A DNA stretch of 64,000 nt from Macrostomum lignano (Eukaryota), in assembly GCA_002269645.1 (NCBI GenBank), contig NIVC01001520.1:186001-250000 (forward strand), read 5' to 3'. How positions within the stretch are numbered: the first letter of the stretch is position 1; every line of letters begins with the position of its first letter. The position numbers were made by a program, and so were the translations under genes. Positions 12,645 to 25,623 of this stretch are shown one piece after another. The notes beneath the pieces are model-generated. The model saw only the letters and a list, made by a program, of their open reading frames with translations, was not told the origin of the DNA and did no database searches.

Positions 12645-15018
12645 TCAGACACGATCCGGCACTACCAACAGGATTCTGTTGATCAGGTACAGGGAAGGCT
12701 TCATCAGTGGCAGCGGAATAGGCGCTCTGAAATTATAAAGTAGTTATGATAACAGATGTTAAAAATATTTCGCTACTTATGCTACTATTAGTAAGCGAAA
12801 GTTGTTCTTCTGACTTTTACGGTCACGTGACATAAAAAAACTTATTTAAAATGCAATATAAAAGTGCCAAAACCTGAGTGCGTGTCCGCTCACCTGTACA
12901 GTCGATAATATTGCGCGCACAATGCGCTCACAATGCAGATCGGATAGCAGATTGACAGGAAACAGATCGACAGGCCGTACCAGGGCGACAGCCATGTGAT
13001 AAGAGCCATAGGCAGACCGAATGCAAGAAAATATGGCCAGTGATGCTCGATGTACATGGCGCGACTTTGGAATACCATGCCTGTCGGGCAGCATACAAGT
13101 GAAATGGATAGGCTTTCCGCAAACTTTCAGTTTCTATCTCCCATTTGATGCCATTTTTGACATCCCCTGTCTCCTATCTGATGCCATTTTTGACATCCCC
13201 AATCTTCCATTTGATGCCATTTTTGACATCCTCTATCTCCAATCTGATGCCATTTTTGACATCTCCTATCTCTTATCTGATGCCATTTTTGACATCTCCT
13301 ATCTCTGATCTGATGCCATTTTTGACATCCCCTATCTCTGATCTGATGCCATTCTGATGCCATTTTTGACATCCTCTATCTCTGATCTGATGCCATTTTT
13401 GACATCCTCTATCTCTGATCTGATGCCATTCTGATGCCATTTTTGACATCCCCTATCTCTGATCTGATGCCATTTTTGACATCCCCTATCTCTGATCTGA
13501 TGCCATTCTGATGCCATTTTTGACATCCCAATCTTGGGATCTCTGGGCTTTGAACTCACCCCTGCTAGACCAGCGATAGTCAAACACGTACAGAGAGTAG
13601 AGCAGGCACATGTGGCACAGGTAAAGCAGCTCGGACACAAGCGGCACGGGGATTTGCCTGGCCAATTTAGCCTGACACAGAAACAGCAGTTCAACTAATA
13701 GGCCGTAGGCTTGATCAGCCAAAACCTTGCCAATCCGTTTGCCGTCTCCGGTGCGCTGCTCTCGCTTAGCAACAATATAAACCAGCTGGCCGACATCTTT
13801 AAATGAGAAATAATTCACTACTTCCAATACGACCACTACTGGCAGAATCCACAGCGCATTAAATAGCCAGGTAATTATTGGCACAAGGTAGTCGCTAACC
13901 CAGGGACCTTGAAACCGGTCGGCCGTCCACAGTAGCACCGGCAGCACCATCAGGTTAAATACCAGCACACTGCACTGTCATTTATATGTTGAACATAAAA
14001 ATGAAATTTTGTCAAGAGTTAATGCTTGTGATTGACCGGAAGTGGGCGGGGCACAGAACTATAACAGTTTAAACAAATCGACAAATACAAATAAGTGGCC
14101 AGGTTAGAAAACTTACGCCAAGAACTACTGCGTTCCAAAACCACGTGCGCTTGATTGTGCCGATAAGGGACAGTTTACTGGAATACAATTTACAGCGGGG
14201 TTGCTATTGAACCGACCGGAGCGTGTCACAGGTTATGCAGCACTAGGGTGCGCAGAAATGTAGAAAAAAATGCGCTAAAATGCTGAATTTGAAATGTTAA
14301 ACGATTCTGGTCTTGCCTTCAAGGCAAACGAAAGCTTCCATAGACAACTGAAGGACAAACCGCTAAATGACTCGCGAAACAGGTCATTGTATTTCTTGAG
14401 CAGTCATTATCCACACTCCCATGAACTCTTGAGCATCTGTCGTTACCTGCACTCTCGTGAACCCTTGAGCATTGGTCATTACCCGCACTCCCATGAACTC
14501 TTGAGCATTGGTCATTATCATTACTCGCACTCCCATGAACTCGTGAACATTGGTCATTACCCGCACTCTCACGAACTCTTGAGCATTGGTCATTACCCGC
14601 ACTCCCATGAACTCTTGAGCATTGGTCATTACCCGCACTCCCATGAACTCTTGAGCATTGGTCATTACCCGCACTCCCATGAACTCGTGAGCATTGGTCA
14701 TTACCCGCACTCCCACGAACTCTTTGAGTATTTGTCATTGCCTGCAACCATCTACTGATGATTGGCACAAGTATAAAAAATAAAACACCCTACTAATTAA
14801 CTAAACATATTAACTTACTCCTTTGTCTCCTTGGCCTGTATGTAGGATCTCTGCGATCTAGGATCCATCTGGCTTGCTCTGTAAGCCTCTATGCGGGCAT
14901 TGAGCGAGCGAAGCTGCACCAAGCCAGTAAAACAGTCGCGCAGGCCAGCAGCAAATCCATACAAATAATGAAGAGATGACAACTCTGCTGCTGTACTGGG
15001 ACTACTGGAGCTTTGCAT
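12645..15018 (-). CDS. EI24: EI24 autophagy-associated transmembrane protein (5 exons)
   Basis: Exons 15018-14819, 14177-14117, 13974-13560, 13080-12894, 12726-12645; phases join. Motifs GFAAGLRDCFTG, LFNALWILP, KVLADQAY, LLYSLYVFDYRW, IEHHWPYFLAFGLP. Confidence 0.9.
13135..13530. repeat. 33-bp minisatellite in EI24 intron 3
   Basis: Unit CTGATGCCATTTTTGACATCCCCTATCTCTGAT. Confidence 0.95.
14400..14730. repeat. 36-bp minisatellite in EI24 intron 1
   Basis: Unit CATTACCCGCACTCCCATGAACTCTTGAGCATTGGT. Confidence 0.95.
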
Positions 15019-15479
15019 TGCAGTAAAATTTCCCTATGTACAGTTAAACTTTTCAGTCAGACTGTATAGGTGCTGGTCAGGCACAATATTATTCCACAGT
15101 ATAGATTGAAGCACTTTAGCATGTGCCTAGATTATTTATCTGAAACTGAATGTTTTCAGCTTAGTATAAATAAAGGCTGAATATGAATCAAAATATACTA
15201 CATGTCGATTTTATTAATGCAAAAAAGTTAAAATAAGCCAAATACTTGTTTTAATGCCTTCATATAAACAAAATCTAATGTGTTACATTTAAATATAAAT
15301 GATAATATTTTAACACTAGCTACTTAAAATAAATGGGACTTAGAAGACTTAAAAGATCATACAGCCCTTGAGTATTGAGTTTATGGATACATAAGGATAA
15401 AGGAATAGATATGAATGAATATAAATATTTTCAAAGCTTTTGTCAAAACTGTTAAGACTCCATAGTCACAGAAAATTCT

Positions 15480-15690
15480 AGCATAGAAAATGGTCTAGCA
15501 CTGCATTATCTAGCACAGTGCAGCATAGAAAATGGTCTAGCACTGCATTATCTAGCACAGTGCAGAATAGAAAATGGTCTAGCACTGCATTATCTAGCAC
15601 AGTGCAGCATAGAAAATGGTCTAGCACTGCATTATCTAGCACAGTGCAGCATAGAAAGTGGTCCAACTCTATACTACCCAGTGCAGATAG
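15480..15690. repeat. 42-bp minisatellite upstream of EI24
   Basis: Unit GCATAGAAAATGGTCTAGCACTGCATTATCTAGCACAGTGCA, ~4.5 copies. Confidence 0.9.
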
Positions 15691-16499
15691 CACAGTGAAG
15701 CATATACAAATTTGTAAGAAATAAAGCATATCTTGCACAATACCAAGAAGAAAAATGAATTATGCAAATCTTTATAAAATGCATTTTTCTGTAAAAAAAT
15801 TGTTTTTAGATTTATGCTGTGGCTTTTGGCCTAGCCACAAGGGGAAGGCAGCTATCCCCCCTTTCCTAGCCCCCCTCTCCTTTCCCTTAAATCCACCCTT
15901 GTAAGTTAGGCCTAAACTACCTTTTTGATTATGATAAGATTTAAGTCCCTAGGTTTAGAGATTTTTATGCTATATAAACATTGTTTGAGCTAAAATTAAG
16001 GCATAGGGCTAGGCCTAGGTCATAGATACTAGAACAACAAGATGTCACTCATGAAAAAATTGTGAAAAATTTAGTGTCTACTTTTTTGTAATAGACACAT
16101 TTGGGACATGCCCCCAAATTTTTAGCGCATGCTAAAATAAAAAAATATTTTCTTTCCTCACTGCCTGGCCGTGGTTGGCATCTTTGTCTTGTGTGGAATG
16201 TGTGTATATACAAAGTATAGCATATGAGCATAAGAATCATAAACAAGATTTAGATCCCCTCTCAGTAGGAAGAGTGAAATCATTGATCCGCAGAAGACAA
16301 ACTAGTGTGTACATAGGTCCCCTAATAAGAGAGAAAGGCTGATGCCAGGCTTCCCTTCTTACCATATGTAATCTTTTTAATTTTCCAGGAATTGATATCC
16401 ATGCCATTTTTCTATCACCCTGTGAGCTTAAAGTCTGTATATATCATTATAGATGTACCATATTGCCTTAAAAACCTGCAAAATTCTCTCAAAAGAACC

Positions 16500-18160
16500 A
16501 CATGGCTTTTGACAATAATAAGCTTGCAAAATGGCTACATGTAGAAGAATGTAACAAAGCAGATAGCAACCATTCTTTTTGATTGGCAAATCAATTGAGT
16601 GACACACATATTACCTTGCCACTTGGCTAGAAGATGCATGTCTCAATTGCAGCTCAAGTACTTAGCCATTTGATATCTACTAGTATTCAAACACTTGTGC
16701 ACCATTGGGAAATGGAGCTCAGCACATTGCATATAGCTGAGTTTTTACAGCGAGTGAATAGCATGTTCAATATGCTGAACTCCATGCACATGTTTGACAA
16801 AGGCTTCATGAAACCAATCTCTAATGAGTCCCTTTCTGCCCAAATAAATGAGCTGTGCAAGGCTAAAGACTTTCTAGAGAGCTTGGGGGTTTTCCCCAGG
16901 AATGGCAAAGCAGAAAAGTCCTTGAAGATGAAATTACAAGAGGCCTAGTGCTTTTCAGCTGCAGCGATATGCAAGCTATCAACTGCACTGATCAATGATA
17001 AAGGCTTTGACTTCATCTGTACTCGCAGGCTGACTCAAGATAATGTAGAAGTGAGTGAGCATATAAATCAATATGAGTAATAATGGGTATTAATTACATT
17101 GGAATATAATCACTTGCATTGTATCACATATCAATGCATTCCAAAATCTCTTTAGCATCATCAGAGGCTGAAATGTTTTTAATGAGAAGCCCAAACTCAT
17201 AGCATTTATTGGAGCATTGAGATCTATGCAGTGGCATAGCCAGGGGGGGGGGGGGGGCTGGGGGGCCATCCCATTCCATCCCCTTCCAATCACCTAGGTG
17301 AGGTGAGGGTAGGGTTGGGTGTAGCGGGTACCAAAAACCATGAAGCAATTGAGTGTCTGTAGCACTAAAATGAGTGCCTGCAGTACTAAAGTGAGTGCCT
17401 GCAGTGCCAAAATGAGTTCCTATAGCACTAGAAGTGGCAATGACATAAGGCATAGCCAGCCAGGCCAACCCACCCCCCCCCCAATTGAAATTCCTGGCTA
17501 TGCCACTGGATCCATGGCAGCAAGCAGACTCAATTGCCCTGATTCTGCAGCGTGGAATTGTGAAGATGACAGATGCACCACTGCTGTTACAATTGGTCTT
17601 GAGTCTGCTTCTGTTGAGTCTGCTTCAGCAAATGTCAGCTGAGTATCTCAAACTGGCTCTTAAAAAACCAGGGTCCAATTGAAGGCATTGCAGCCTGCAT
17701 ATAATATAGATATGATTCTCACTGTAGCCACCAAGTATATAGGCAGCTTTGTGCTCAAGAGCAGCTATGTCCTTAACTATTGTGCATGCAAAGAGCTGCT
17801 GACTGGCACTGGCCTTTACGTGTGCATTTGATTTTGAAGAACAAGCTACACTTACATACAATTAGTGGATTGATGCAACCATCAGTTGCAGCCTTTAAAA
17901 CATTTTCCAAAGTGGAAGCTTTCTTTGTGGTGCAAGTTAAGACCTACATTTTATATCTAAAAGTAGCTGCGCTGATTGTTGAGAAGCTTTTTTCTAATGA
18001 AATCCACTTTCCAACATGCAGTTCACACTCCAATAAAGCACATTGCAGTATCTTCACAGCATTTGTTTGCTTATAGTTGTACCACTGGTGTTGCAAAAAG
18101 ATACAGAGACTGTGAATTGCTGCCATCAAGTGATGTCCAACTCAAAAAGCAAAAAATCAA
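16500..18160 (+). mobile_element. Decayed P-element/THAP9-like transposase
   Basis: Translated pieces LSDTHITLP..KMHVSIAAQVLSH, AEFLQRVNSMFNMLNS, FICTRRLTQDNVE|NLFSIIRG, KYIGSFVLK..CACKELL and GLMQPS follow P-transposase motif order. Contains stops and an inserted MITE; boundaries approximate. Confidence 0.75.
17229..17508. mobile_element. 280-bp MITE (hAT-like) inserted in the P-element relic
   Basis: TIR CAGTGGCATAGCCAGG / CCTGGCTATGCCACTG; 8-bp TSD GATCTATG / GATCCATG (one mismatch). Confidence 0.85.
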
Positions 18161-19682
18161 CTAATTTTTGTTTTAAGATTTCCATTAAGTATTCAGGCAA
18201 TTAAGCATTTTTTGCTTACTTGAAAATGTTGAGCCCTTTAATTTGTTACTTTGTATTGCAGAAGTAATTAAAAAAACTCTTACTTAATCTTTTTAGTTTT
18301 GAAATTTGTGTATATAGGCCTAAGGCCTAATATAGTATAGTATAGCCTGTATAGGTGCAGTCCTATTAGGCCTTACCAATTTTTTCTTTTAAGCCTCATT
18401 TTTATGCCTTAAAGTTAAAATGAGAAAATAACTTTGATTAAGTCATAGGCTATAACAAATCCATTGTTCCATTTGCTAATATGCAATATGTTCCAATATT
18501 AAAAATGATCAGAAGTTAAAAATTAGGCCTATTGACCAGATTCACTACCACCACAAGCTAAATGTGTTGGAAACCCTGTACTCTGTACATCAAACAGTTA
18601 AAGCCTACCCTAAATGTACAACTGACAGGAAAGGTGGCTAGTACTATTCTTTGAACTTTTGACTATTCTCTATGGCTAGACCTACCTACTTAAACCTGTT
18701 TCAAAACTCTTGGCCCATACTTTCATTTTATTACCTTCCAATTACAAAATACTGTCACCCGACAATGCTGCAAATTGCACATGTGAATAAAAATAAAATA
18801 TTTTCGTCATAATATTCGTCATAATACTTTCGTCAACAATATCAATTGAAAAAAATGCACATGTTTGCAATCATCTTCTTCGTTCTTTTTTTTTGCGTTC
18901 CTTATTTAAGCGAAATAGCATTCCTAAAATTTACTTTGAGATAGCCAATCGCTACGACAACATCTTCATGATTCAGTTGTCAAAAACTCTGATTCAATTA
19001 AGCCGATGACAAAGTGAGCGAAATAAGTGACTTTTGAAAGTTAAGTCCTGAATGATGAATATCCACTTTTAACCTTTAAAACTAGTCAGTAATTCTATCG
19101 ATAGTCTGAATTCAATTCTTATTCAAATGATTATTTTTCTTTATATTGAGTTTTATATTCAGCTGGACTGCCTTTGACTCATTTTTACTAAATTCAGTAT
19201 ATTTTCTGTTTTAATTCAGAAAATAAATTTCAAAGTTTCTGTTTTCTATGAAGTATGCTCTAGTGCCTGCCGATAAAAGAAAGTTTTTAGCCTTGTAAAT
19301 CGTTCACACTATTTACCAACATGAATTTGAGTACAGTGCAGGTTTTACTTTTTTAGCTTGATTTAGTAATGCCACTAAAGACAAAGTAAATCAATATTGA
19401 ACTCACAGCATATTGTGTTTTTGACAGAAGCCAAGGGGGCCATGAGCCAAAAAAGGGCCATACTTTTTGGCCTGTAACTATTCAAGGTATATTTTTAATG
19501 TTAGAATTTATTTGCTTGGTATAGCTTGCCCCCCCCCTCAAAAAGTTTCTAGATCCACCCCTGATTTTTTATATGTTGCTTAGTTCTTATGTTTTATTAT
19601 TGTACTTGCTCCACTGGTTTTTAACCAAGCTTATTATTCTTTCTATAGATACTACATTTATATTATATTAATATATTATATA

Positions 19683-19950
19683 CTCAGCAACATCGAAAAG
19701 TCGCCATCACAGAATATTCTGTCTGTAGTTGCCATTTTTGAGAGTTCAGGTAAGTCTCAATCTTTGCAAGTGATGCAACTTAGCTACGCCCCGGCAGACT
19801 TGAGTTGAGGAATGAAGTGGGGGGAGCGGTGTGTGAGGGATGGACAGATTAAAGCTACCCCGATAAACTTTTTTGTATGTTTTAATTCAGAATAGTCCAA
19901 GAGAAATTGCCTACTGGGGCAAAGAGTGGCAACTTTTCAATGTTGCTGAG
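19683..19950. mobile_element. Tc1/mariner-type MITE
   Basis: ~25-bp TIR CTCAGCAACATCGAAAAGTCGCCA / TGGCAACTTTTCAATGTTGCTGAG, flanked by TA on both sides. Confidence 0.7.
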
Positions 19951-20169
19951 TATATAGTTCTACTGTAGCTACAGATATGGCTATGGGAAGTTATGGATAG
20001 GATATATAGGTTTTTTGGCAAAGCATATGGATATAGATTATGGTTACAGGAACACATAATTCCTATATCTAGTTCCCATATCTAGTAATACTACTCAATC
20101 AAGAATTGAAAGACTATCAAAGTTATTAATTTGATAAAGTTAAGATAGGCCTAGTAGAAATAAATGAAG

Positions 20170-20780
20170 GTTGCTAGTTTCAAAGTGAGGGGAACTCATA
20201 AGTCCTGGAAGTTAGGCCTAGGACTCAAGCATCAATAGATTGTCAATGCCATGTTGTGGTTAGGTGGTAAGAGCTAAAGTCAAGATAATTTTTTTTATTT
20301 TCAAAGGGGAGCTCTTAAGTCCCTACTTCCTGCATGGATTTAGGGACTTAGCAATAGGGTTTTAATACTACATACATGTTGTGGTAATTAAATGGTAGGG
20401 GGCTAATGTTAAGATTAGAGCCTAGAATGTTTTCACTTTCAAGGGGAGCTCCTAAATTCCTAGGGTTGGGGACTAGGATAGGGTTGGGATGTTGGAGACT
20501 GAATTTAAGATAAATAGCCTAAAATAGGCCCTATTTTCATTTTCAATGTAAGAGAAGCTCTTAAGTCATTACAATTAAGGACTCAAGCAAAAAAGACAGA
20601 AATGTTTTTACACTATATGCACATTGAGGTTGGATTAAAATAGGGGAAGTTAAAGTTAGGCCCCCCTACGATATGTTTTCACTTTCAATACAAAGGGAGC
20701 TCTCAAGTCCCTAGGGTTAGGGACTCAAACAACATTTTGACACTATATGCACATTATGGTTGGAATGGTAGGGGTTTAAG
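20170..20780. repeat. Old, degenerate ~125-bp tandem repeat (~5 copies)
   Basis: Recurring TTTCAA..GGGGAGCTCTTAAGTCCCTA..AGGGACTCAAGCA block. Confidence 0.55.
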
Positions 20781-20931
20781 TTAAGATAAATGAAGACAAT
20801 GGGGAAGCCACTTAGCATCTGCCACTATCAAAGAAGGTAGATTGCAAAGGAGGCTTCTTGGAAGCCAACTGATAAGTAGGCTATCGCCATTGTAAATTTT
20901 GGTAAGAATTAGAGATTTTGTTACTTTAGTT

Positions 20932-21412
20932 CAGGGGTCGGCAAACTTTTTACCTCAAGGGCCAGATAAATAATCTAAACCATTGATGCGGGCCAGATGA
21001 GAGTAGAAAGGAGTGGGAATGGGGGAGCAAGAAGAATAAAGAGGAGATAACAGATGACAGAATAGAGGAAAGGTGAAAGTCGATGGGAGGAGAGGAGGGA
21101 GAGAGGAGAGCAGTTCACTAAGAGGAGAGAGAGGAGAGTAGAAAGAAGAGGAGAGAGAATAGAGGAGAGAAGAGGAGAGAGGAGAGAAGAGGAGATGAGA
21201 AGAGAGAAGAGAGAAAAGGAGATGAGAAGAGAGAGAAGAGAAAATGAGATGAAAGGAGAGAGGAAAGAAGAGAAAAAAGAAAAAAGAGATAAGAAAACTG
21301 AGAAGCGAAATAAACCTTGGATCGCTATCATGAAGTTTCAAAAGACCTGAGGGCCGGATAGAGAGGCTTTGCGGGCCGCATGTGGCCCATGGGCCGAGTA
21401 TGCCAAACTCTG
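20932..21412 (+). mobile_element. hAT (Charlie/Buster-like) MITE with GA-rich interior
   Basis: Starts CAGGGGTCGGCAAAC, degenerate right TIR, perfect 8-bp TSD CTTTAGTT. Confidence 0.85.
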
Positions 21413-21923
21413 CTTTAGTTACTTAAACAATATAAAAAAGATAAAGGGGAGAGAAAGGAGAGAGAAAAGAGGGAGAAAATAATAAGAAGGGAACAGAAAA
21501 GAGAGGAGAGGGGAGAGAAAAGAGATAAGATGGCAGAGAAAAGAGAAGAAAATAGACAAGATGGAAAAAGGGATAAAATAGAAGACATTTGCCCTTGGCC
21601 TCACCTATGTGGTCCCTGCAGACAAACAGTTTTAGAAAAAGGCTTTTTGTCTACCTAGCAAACAAACTGTCAATGGACAAATGAACTAGAAACCAAATAG
21701 TTGTAGTACAATAGTATGTTCTATTGACATCACCAATACCAAATTGTAATGGTACTTGTTGTTCTACCTTCTAAATGATCTCAACTCATAGCTATTACCA
21801 ATATTGTTATAGTGTTCAATTCTACTTTTTTAGCAATGTATTAGCATAACTAGTATAGTTTTAGTAGTATCTTAATATAATTCTATAGTGTCTTAGTATA
21901 TTTCTATAGGCCTAAGCAGTATA

Positions 21924-24290
21924 TTCCTGGCATAAAATGGTTAGCATGGTTGTGACACTCAAGGACACTTGCACTTTCACAGCCTTCCAGAAATGACACT
22001 AAATGACACTTATCTCTACTGTCGCTGGCATGACACTGACATGCGACACTGCCATATAACATTGGCCTAGACTGTTGCTGGCATGCTAAAATGTGACACT
22101 GCCTCACAACACTCATCCAACACTCATCTGACAGTCATTTGGCTCCTCCCTCACCTGTAACTTAGATGTATATATTTCTGGCATTAAGTATACCGACTGT
22201 TGTTTACTTGAAAATAAACTGAAATTCGCTGCCAATCATGCAAAACAGTTAGTATCAGACTGTCAGTGGTTGACTTTCTTCATCTCAAAGGCCCTGCACA
22301 AAGCCCTGCACAAAGCCTCAATTTTCAAGGGCCCATACTCCACTAAGGGAGAATTGGAAGTTGCCTTCAAGTGCTGAAGGCTACAGCCGCTGGTATCAAA
22401 CATCAACTTGGCTAGTGGGTGCACTTGTTGCCCTGCTCTGCAGCAAGACCTTTTGAGTTTGTGCACCAAAATGGAAAAAAACATGTGGCTACGTGACAAA
22501 GAGCATTGCACTGAACATAGTCTGACTGCAAGCAGAGATCTTGTGGTTGCAAGAACAAGTTGAGAAGTTGCATTTGTCAGCAGCTGCCAACAGACAAAGC
22601 GCAGAACAGATACTATACAAATATAAATAGAGCGTCGAGATGCTTGAGACTGAGTGCTCCATCCTAGATGAGGCATTCACTGATGCCTCACTGGCTATGA
22701 TTTGAGATATAAATGTTGTTAAGGATAGCAAAAAGTCATAGCTACAATCTCCATCACTCAGTCACAGTCCGGAGATGACCGCCAGACTGCATGAGGCTAC
22801 AAAAGCACTGGAGAGTATAGCAGTCTGCAGCATCATCCCAAACAGCAATAGTGCTGGAAATGATATGTCATTGCTACAGAGCAGTGGTCTGTTTGAAGTT
22901 GGCAAGGATGCTTCAACCAAGGCTCAGGCCAGTTATGCTAACCTGAATGCAGATATCAAAATTCCAGCCAGTAGCCTTGCCTTGCCATGGCAAAATGAGC
23001 TTTTTGTGAGCACTTAAAGGTTGCATCTGCCAGTTCTAACAAAGGTGACTCCCAGAAAACAATCAAGCAGGGAAAGAAAGGCTCACAGAAGTCTGATACC
23101 ACAGCATTGGACAGAGGTCTGTTAGTTCTCCTTTGGGCATGTTTCACACCCAAGGAAATGGCCAAAACATCTTACAAAGGAAGAGCCATCAAAGATAGTG
23201 CCAACAGACTGGCTGCCAACAAACATAAAAGAACAGCCATTTAATCTTATCTAGATTCAATGGGGCTGAAAAGTGTCAGTCTGCACATAATCCTGCATCT
23301 ATAGAGTCACACGTCAGAAGCTGTGAGAAAGAAGATGAACATTGGCAATGACAAGGCATGTGACAGCAGCAATAAGGCAGGTGACAGCGGCAATAGGCAG
23401 ATGATGGTGGCAATAAGGCAGGTGATGGCAGCGATAAGGCCGGTGACATCAACAACAAGGCGAGTGATGGTGGCGACAAGAAAGATGACAACAGTGACGA
23501 GGAAGATGATGCCAGCAACAAGGCTGATATGGTAGGTGAAGCCAGTGGCAAGACTGGCATGGGAACTTACTGAAGTTTTCTTAAAATGCACTGACAGTGT
23601 ATCGAGTGACCTGAATATCTTTTTGTGACCCAACATCTTTTTGTGCAATTACTTAGTGAATAAAAAAGAAATACACAATTTGCTTAATAGACAGACTAAG
23701 CAAACTTACTTCTTTGGATACAAAAATTCATTCCCTACTTCTTGATTAGCTTTGCTACACCAGTTTCAGGCAGTGTCAGATGACTGTCAGATGAGTGTCA
23801 GATGACTGTTGGATGAGTGTCAGATGAGTGTCAGGCAGTGTCGGATGAGTGTCAGACGTGTCAGACGAGTGTCTGATGAATGTCAGACAAGTGTTGGGCA
23901 GTGTTGGATGAGTGTTGGATGAGTGTCAGACAAGTGTTGGGCAGTGTCAGATGAGTGTCAGACAAGTATTGAGCAGTGTCAAATGAGTGTCAGACAAGTA
24001 TCAGATGAGTATCAGACAAGTATTGGATGAGTGTCAGATGAGTGTCAGACAAGTGTCAGATGACTAGTGTCGTTAGGCAGTGTTGTTTTAGCCAAACTCA
24101 ACAGTGATAACCACTGTCATATTTTAAGTGTCAGTCACCGTCAGTTCAGTGTCACTTTTTTACTTTTTCACATGGAGTGTCATTTTGCAGTGTTGTTGCA
24201 GACCCCTTTGCACTGTCACAACATTGTCATTTTGGCCCAGTGTCAACAAGTGTCCTATAGTGTCAAAACCATACCATTTTCTGCCGGGAT
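21924..24290. mobile_element. TIR-bounded DNA element with inverted subterminal repeats and decayed internal ORFs
   Basis: ~45-bp imperfect TIRs (TTCCTGGCATAAAATGGT... / ...ACCATTTTCTGCCGGGAT). CAACACTCATCTGACA at ~22100 is the reverse complement of the TGTCAGATGAGTG array at 23770-24070. Confidence 0.6.
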
Positions 24291-25351
24291 TACTAGTATA
24301 GGCCTAGTATATATTATCTCTAGTCCTAGATATTACCAAGATTAGAGAATCATAGCACTAAAGCCTTAGTCTTTAGGTATATTTAAAACAAAAATTAAAT
24401 ATTAATTATTTTTTGCAATTTGAAACAAACATTTTTTCTCACAAATTTACTAGTAAAGCATTTCTAAGAAACTAGAAACTTCATAGTAGTATATAATAAT
24501 ATTTGACCTAAGTCTTAAGAAAGCTTTACTCTAATAAGTTAATTGTTTGTTTCTAAATGGAAAGATATTAAAAATCCAAAAGTTGATACAAATTATAATA
24601 TGTTATATATAGATATTTTTAGTAAACAATAAATCTTAAAGAATTTGTTATTTTTGTTATCTAATAGTGATTGACTTAAGATTAATTTTTTATAGGATTG
24701 TACACTAGATTCAAGTTAGCTAATAGTGCCATATATTGATAGTTACAAACAATGCTATATAACTGTAGTACTCTACTAATTCAACTTTGCTTATTTAATT
24801 TTTAATTTCCAGGCCTAGGCCATATTCTGCAACATGTCAATGACTTTATTTGCCATGAGGTTCTGGGATGAAGGATATGTAGAGGATCCAGTCATGGAAA
24901 GTAATTGTAATTCCATACCAGATCAGGAAGCTATCCAATGTTGTCAAAATACTGACAATATTGATTTGGGTTTCGACGAGATCATTAACCATTAATTGAC
25001 TAATGATTGATAGTTTAACTTTAATGCTACTTTCAGTTTCAGGTATTCATTCTGTGAAAAAATAATGTTGATTTAATTATTGTTACATTTTTCTCTGTAG
25101 CGCCCCTCTGACTATAGACCAAGAGGCATTCTTGTTCAGTTTGCATTTTTTTCTAGTTCTGACAACAATGTGTTGGCTTCTTTATTTATTGTTAGCTGGA
25201 CGCAGTTTCGCGTTTTATATATTCTTTGTTGTGATTTTATGAACGCTCGGAAATTCTCGAGTGTGTCCTGTGTGAAGCATTTTTAATAGAAAACTCATCT
25301 TTGCCAAAAATCGGTTTGTAATATCTGCTTTGCAATTGGATAGGCCTAGCC

Positions 25352-25623
25352 CAGGGGTCGGCAAACTTCGGCCCGCAAAGCCTCTGTATCCGGCCCTCGG
25401 ATCCTTTTAAATTTCACAATAGCAATTCGGCCCGCTCAAGGTTTGTCTCTCTTCTCAGCTCTTCTCTCTAATCTCCTCTCATCTTTTCTCTCCTCTCCTC
25501 TCATCTCCTCTCCTCTCCATTCTCCTATCTCTCTTCCCTCTCCTCTCTCCCCTCCTCTGGCCCGCAATCATGCGCTATGTTCTCTATCCTAGCCCTTGAA
25601 GTAAAAAAGTTTGCTGAGCCTTG
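25352..25623 (-). mobile_element. hAT (Charlie/Buster-like) MITE, same family as 20932-21412, opposite orientation
   Basis: CAGGGGTCGGCAAAC ... GTTTGCTGAGCCTTG; perfect 8-bp TSD GCCTAGCC; CT-rich interior. Confidence 0.85.

Noticed and set aside
14294-14768. His-rich HYPHSHELLSIG repeat ORF
   Set aside because: Lies in EI24 intron 1 and is open on both strands because the unit length is a multiple of 3.
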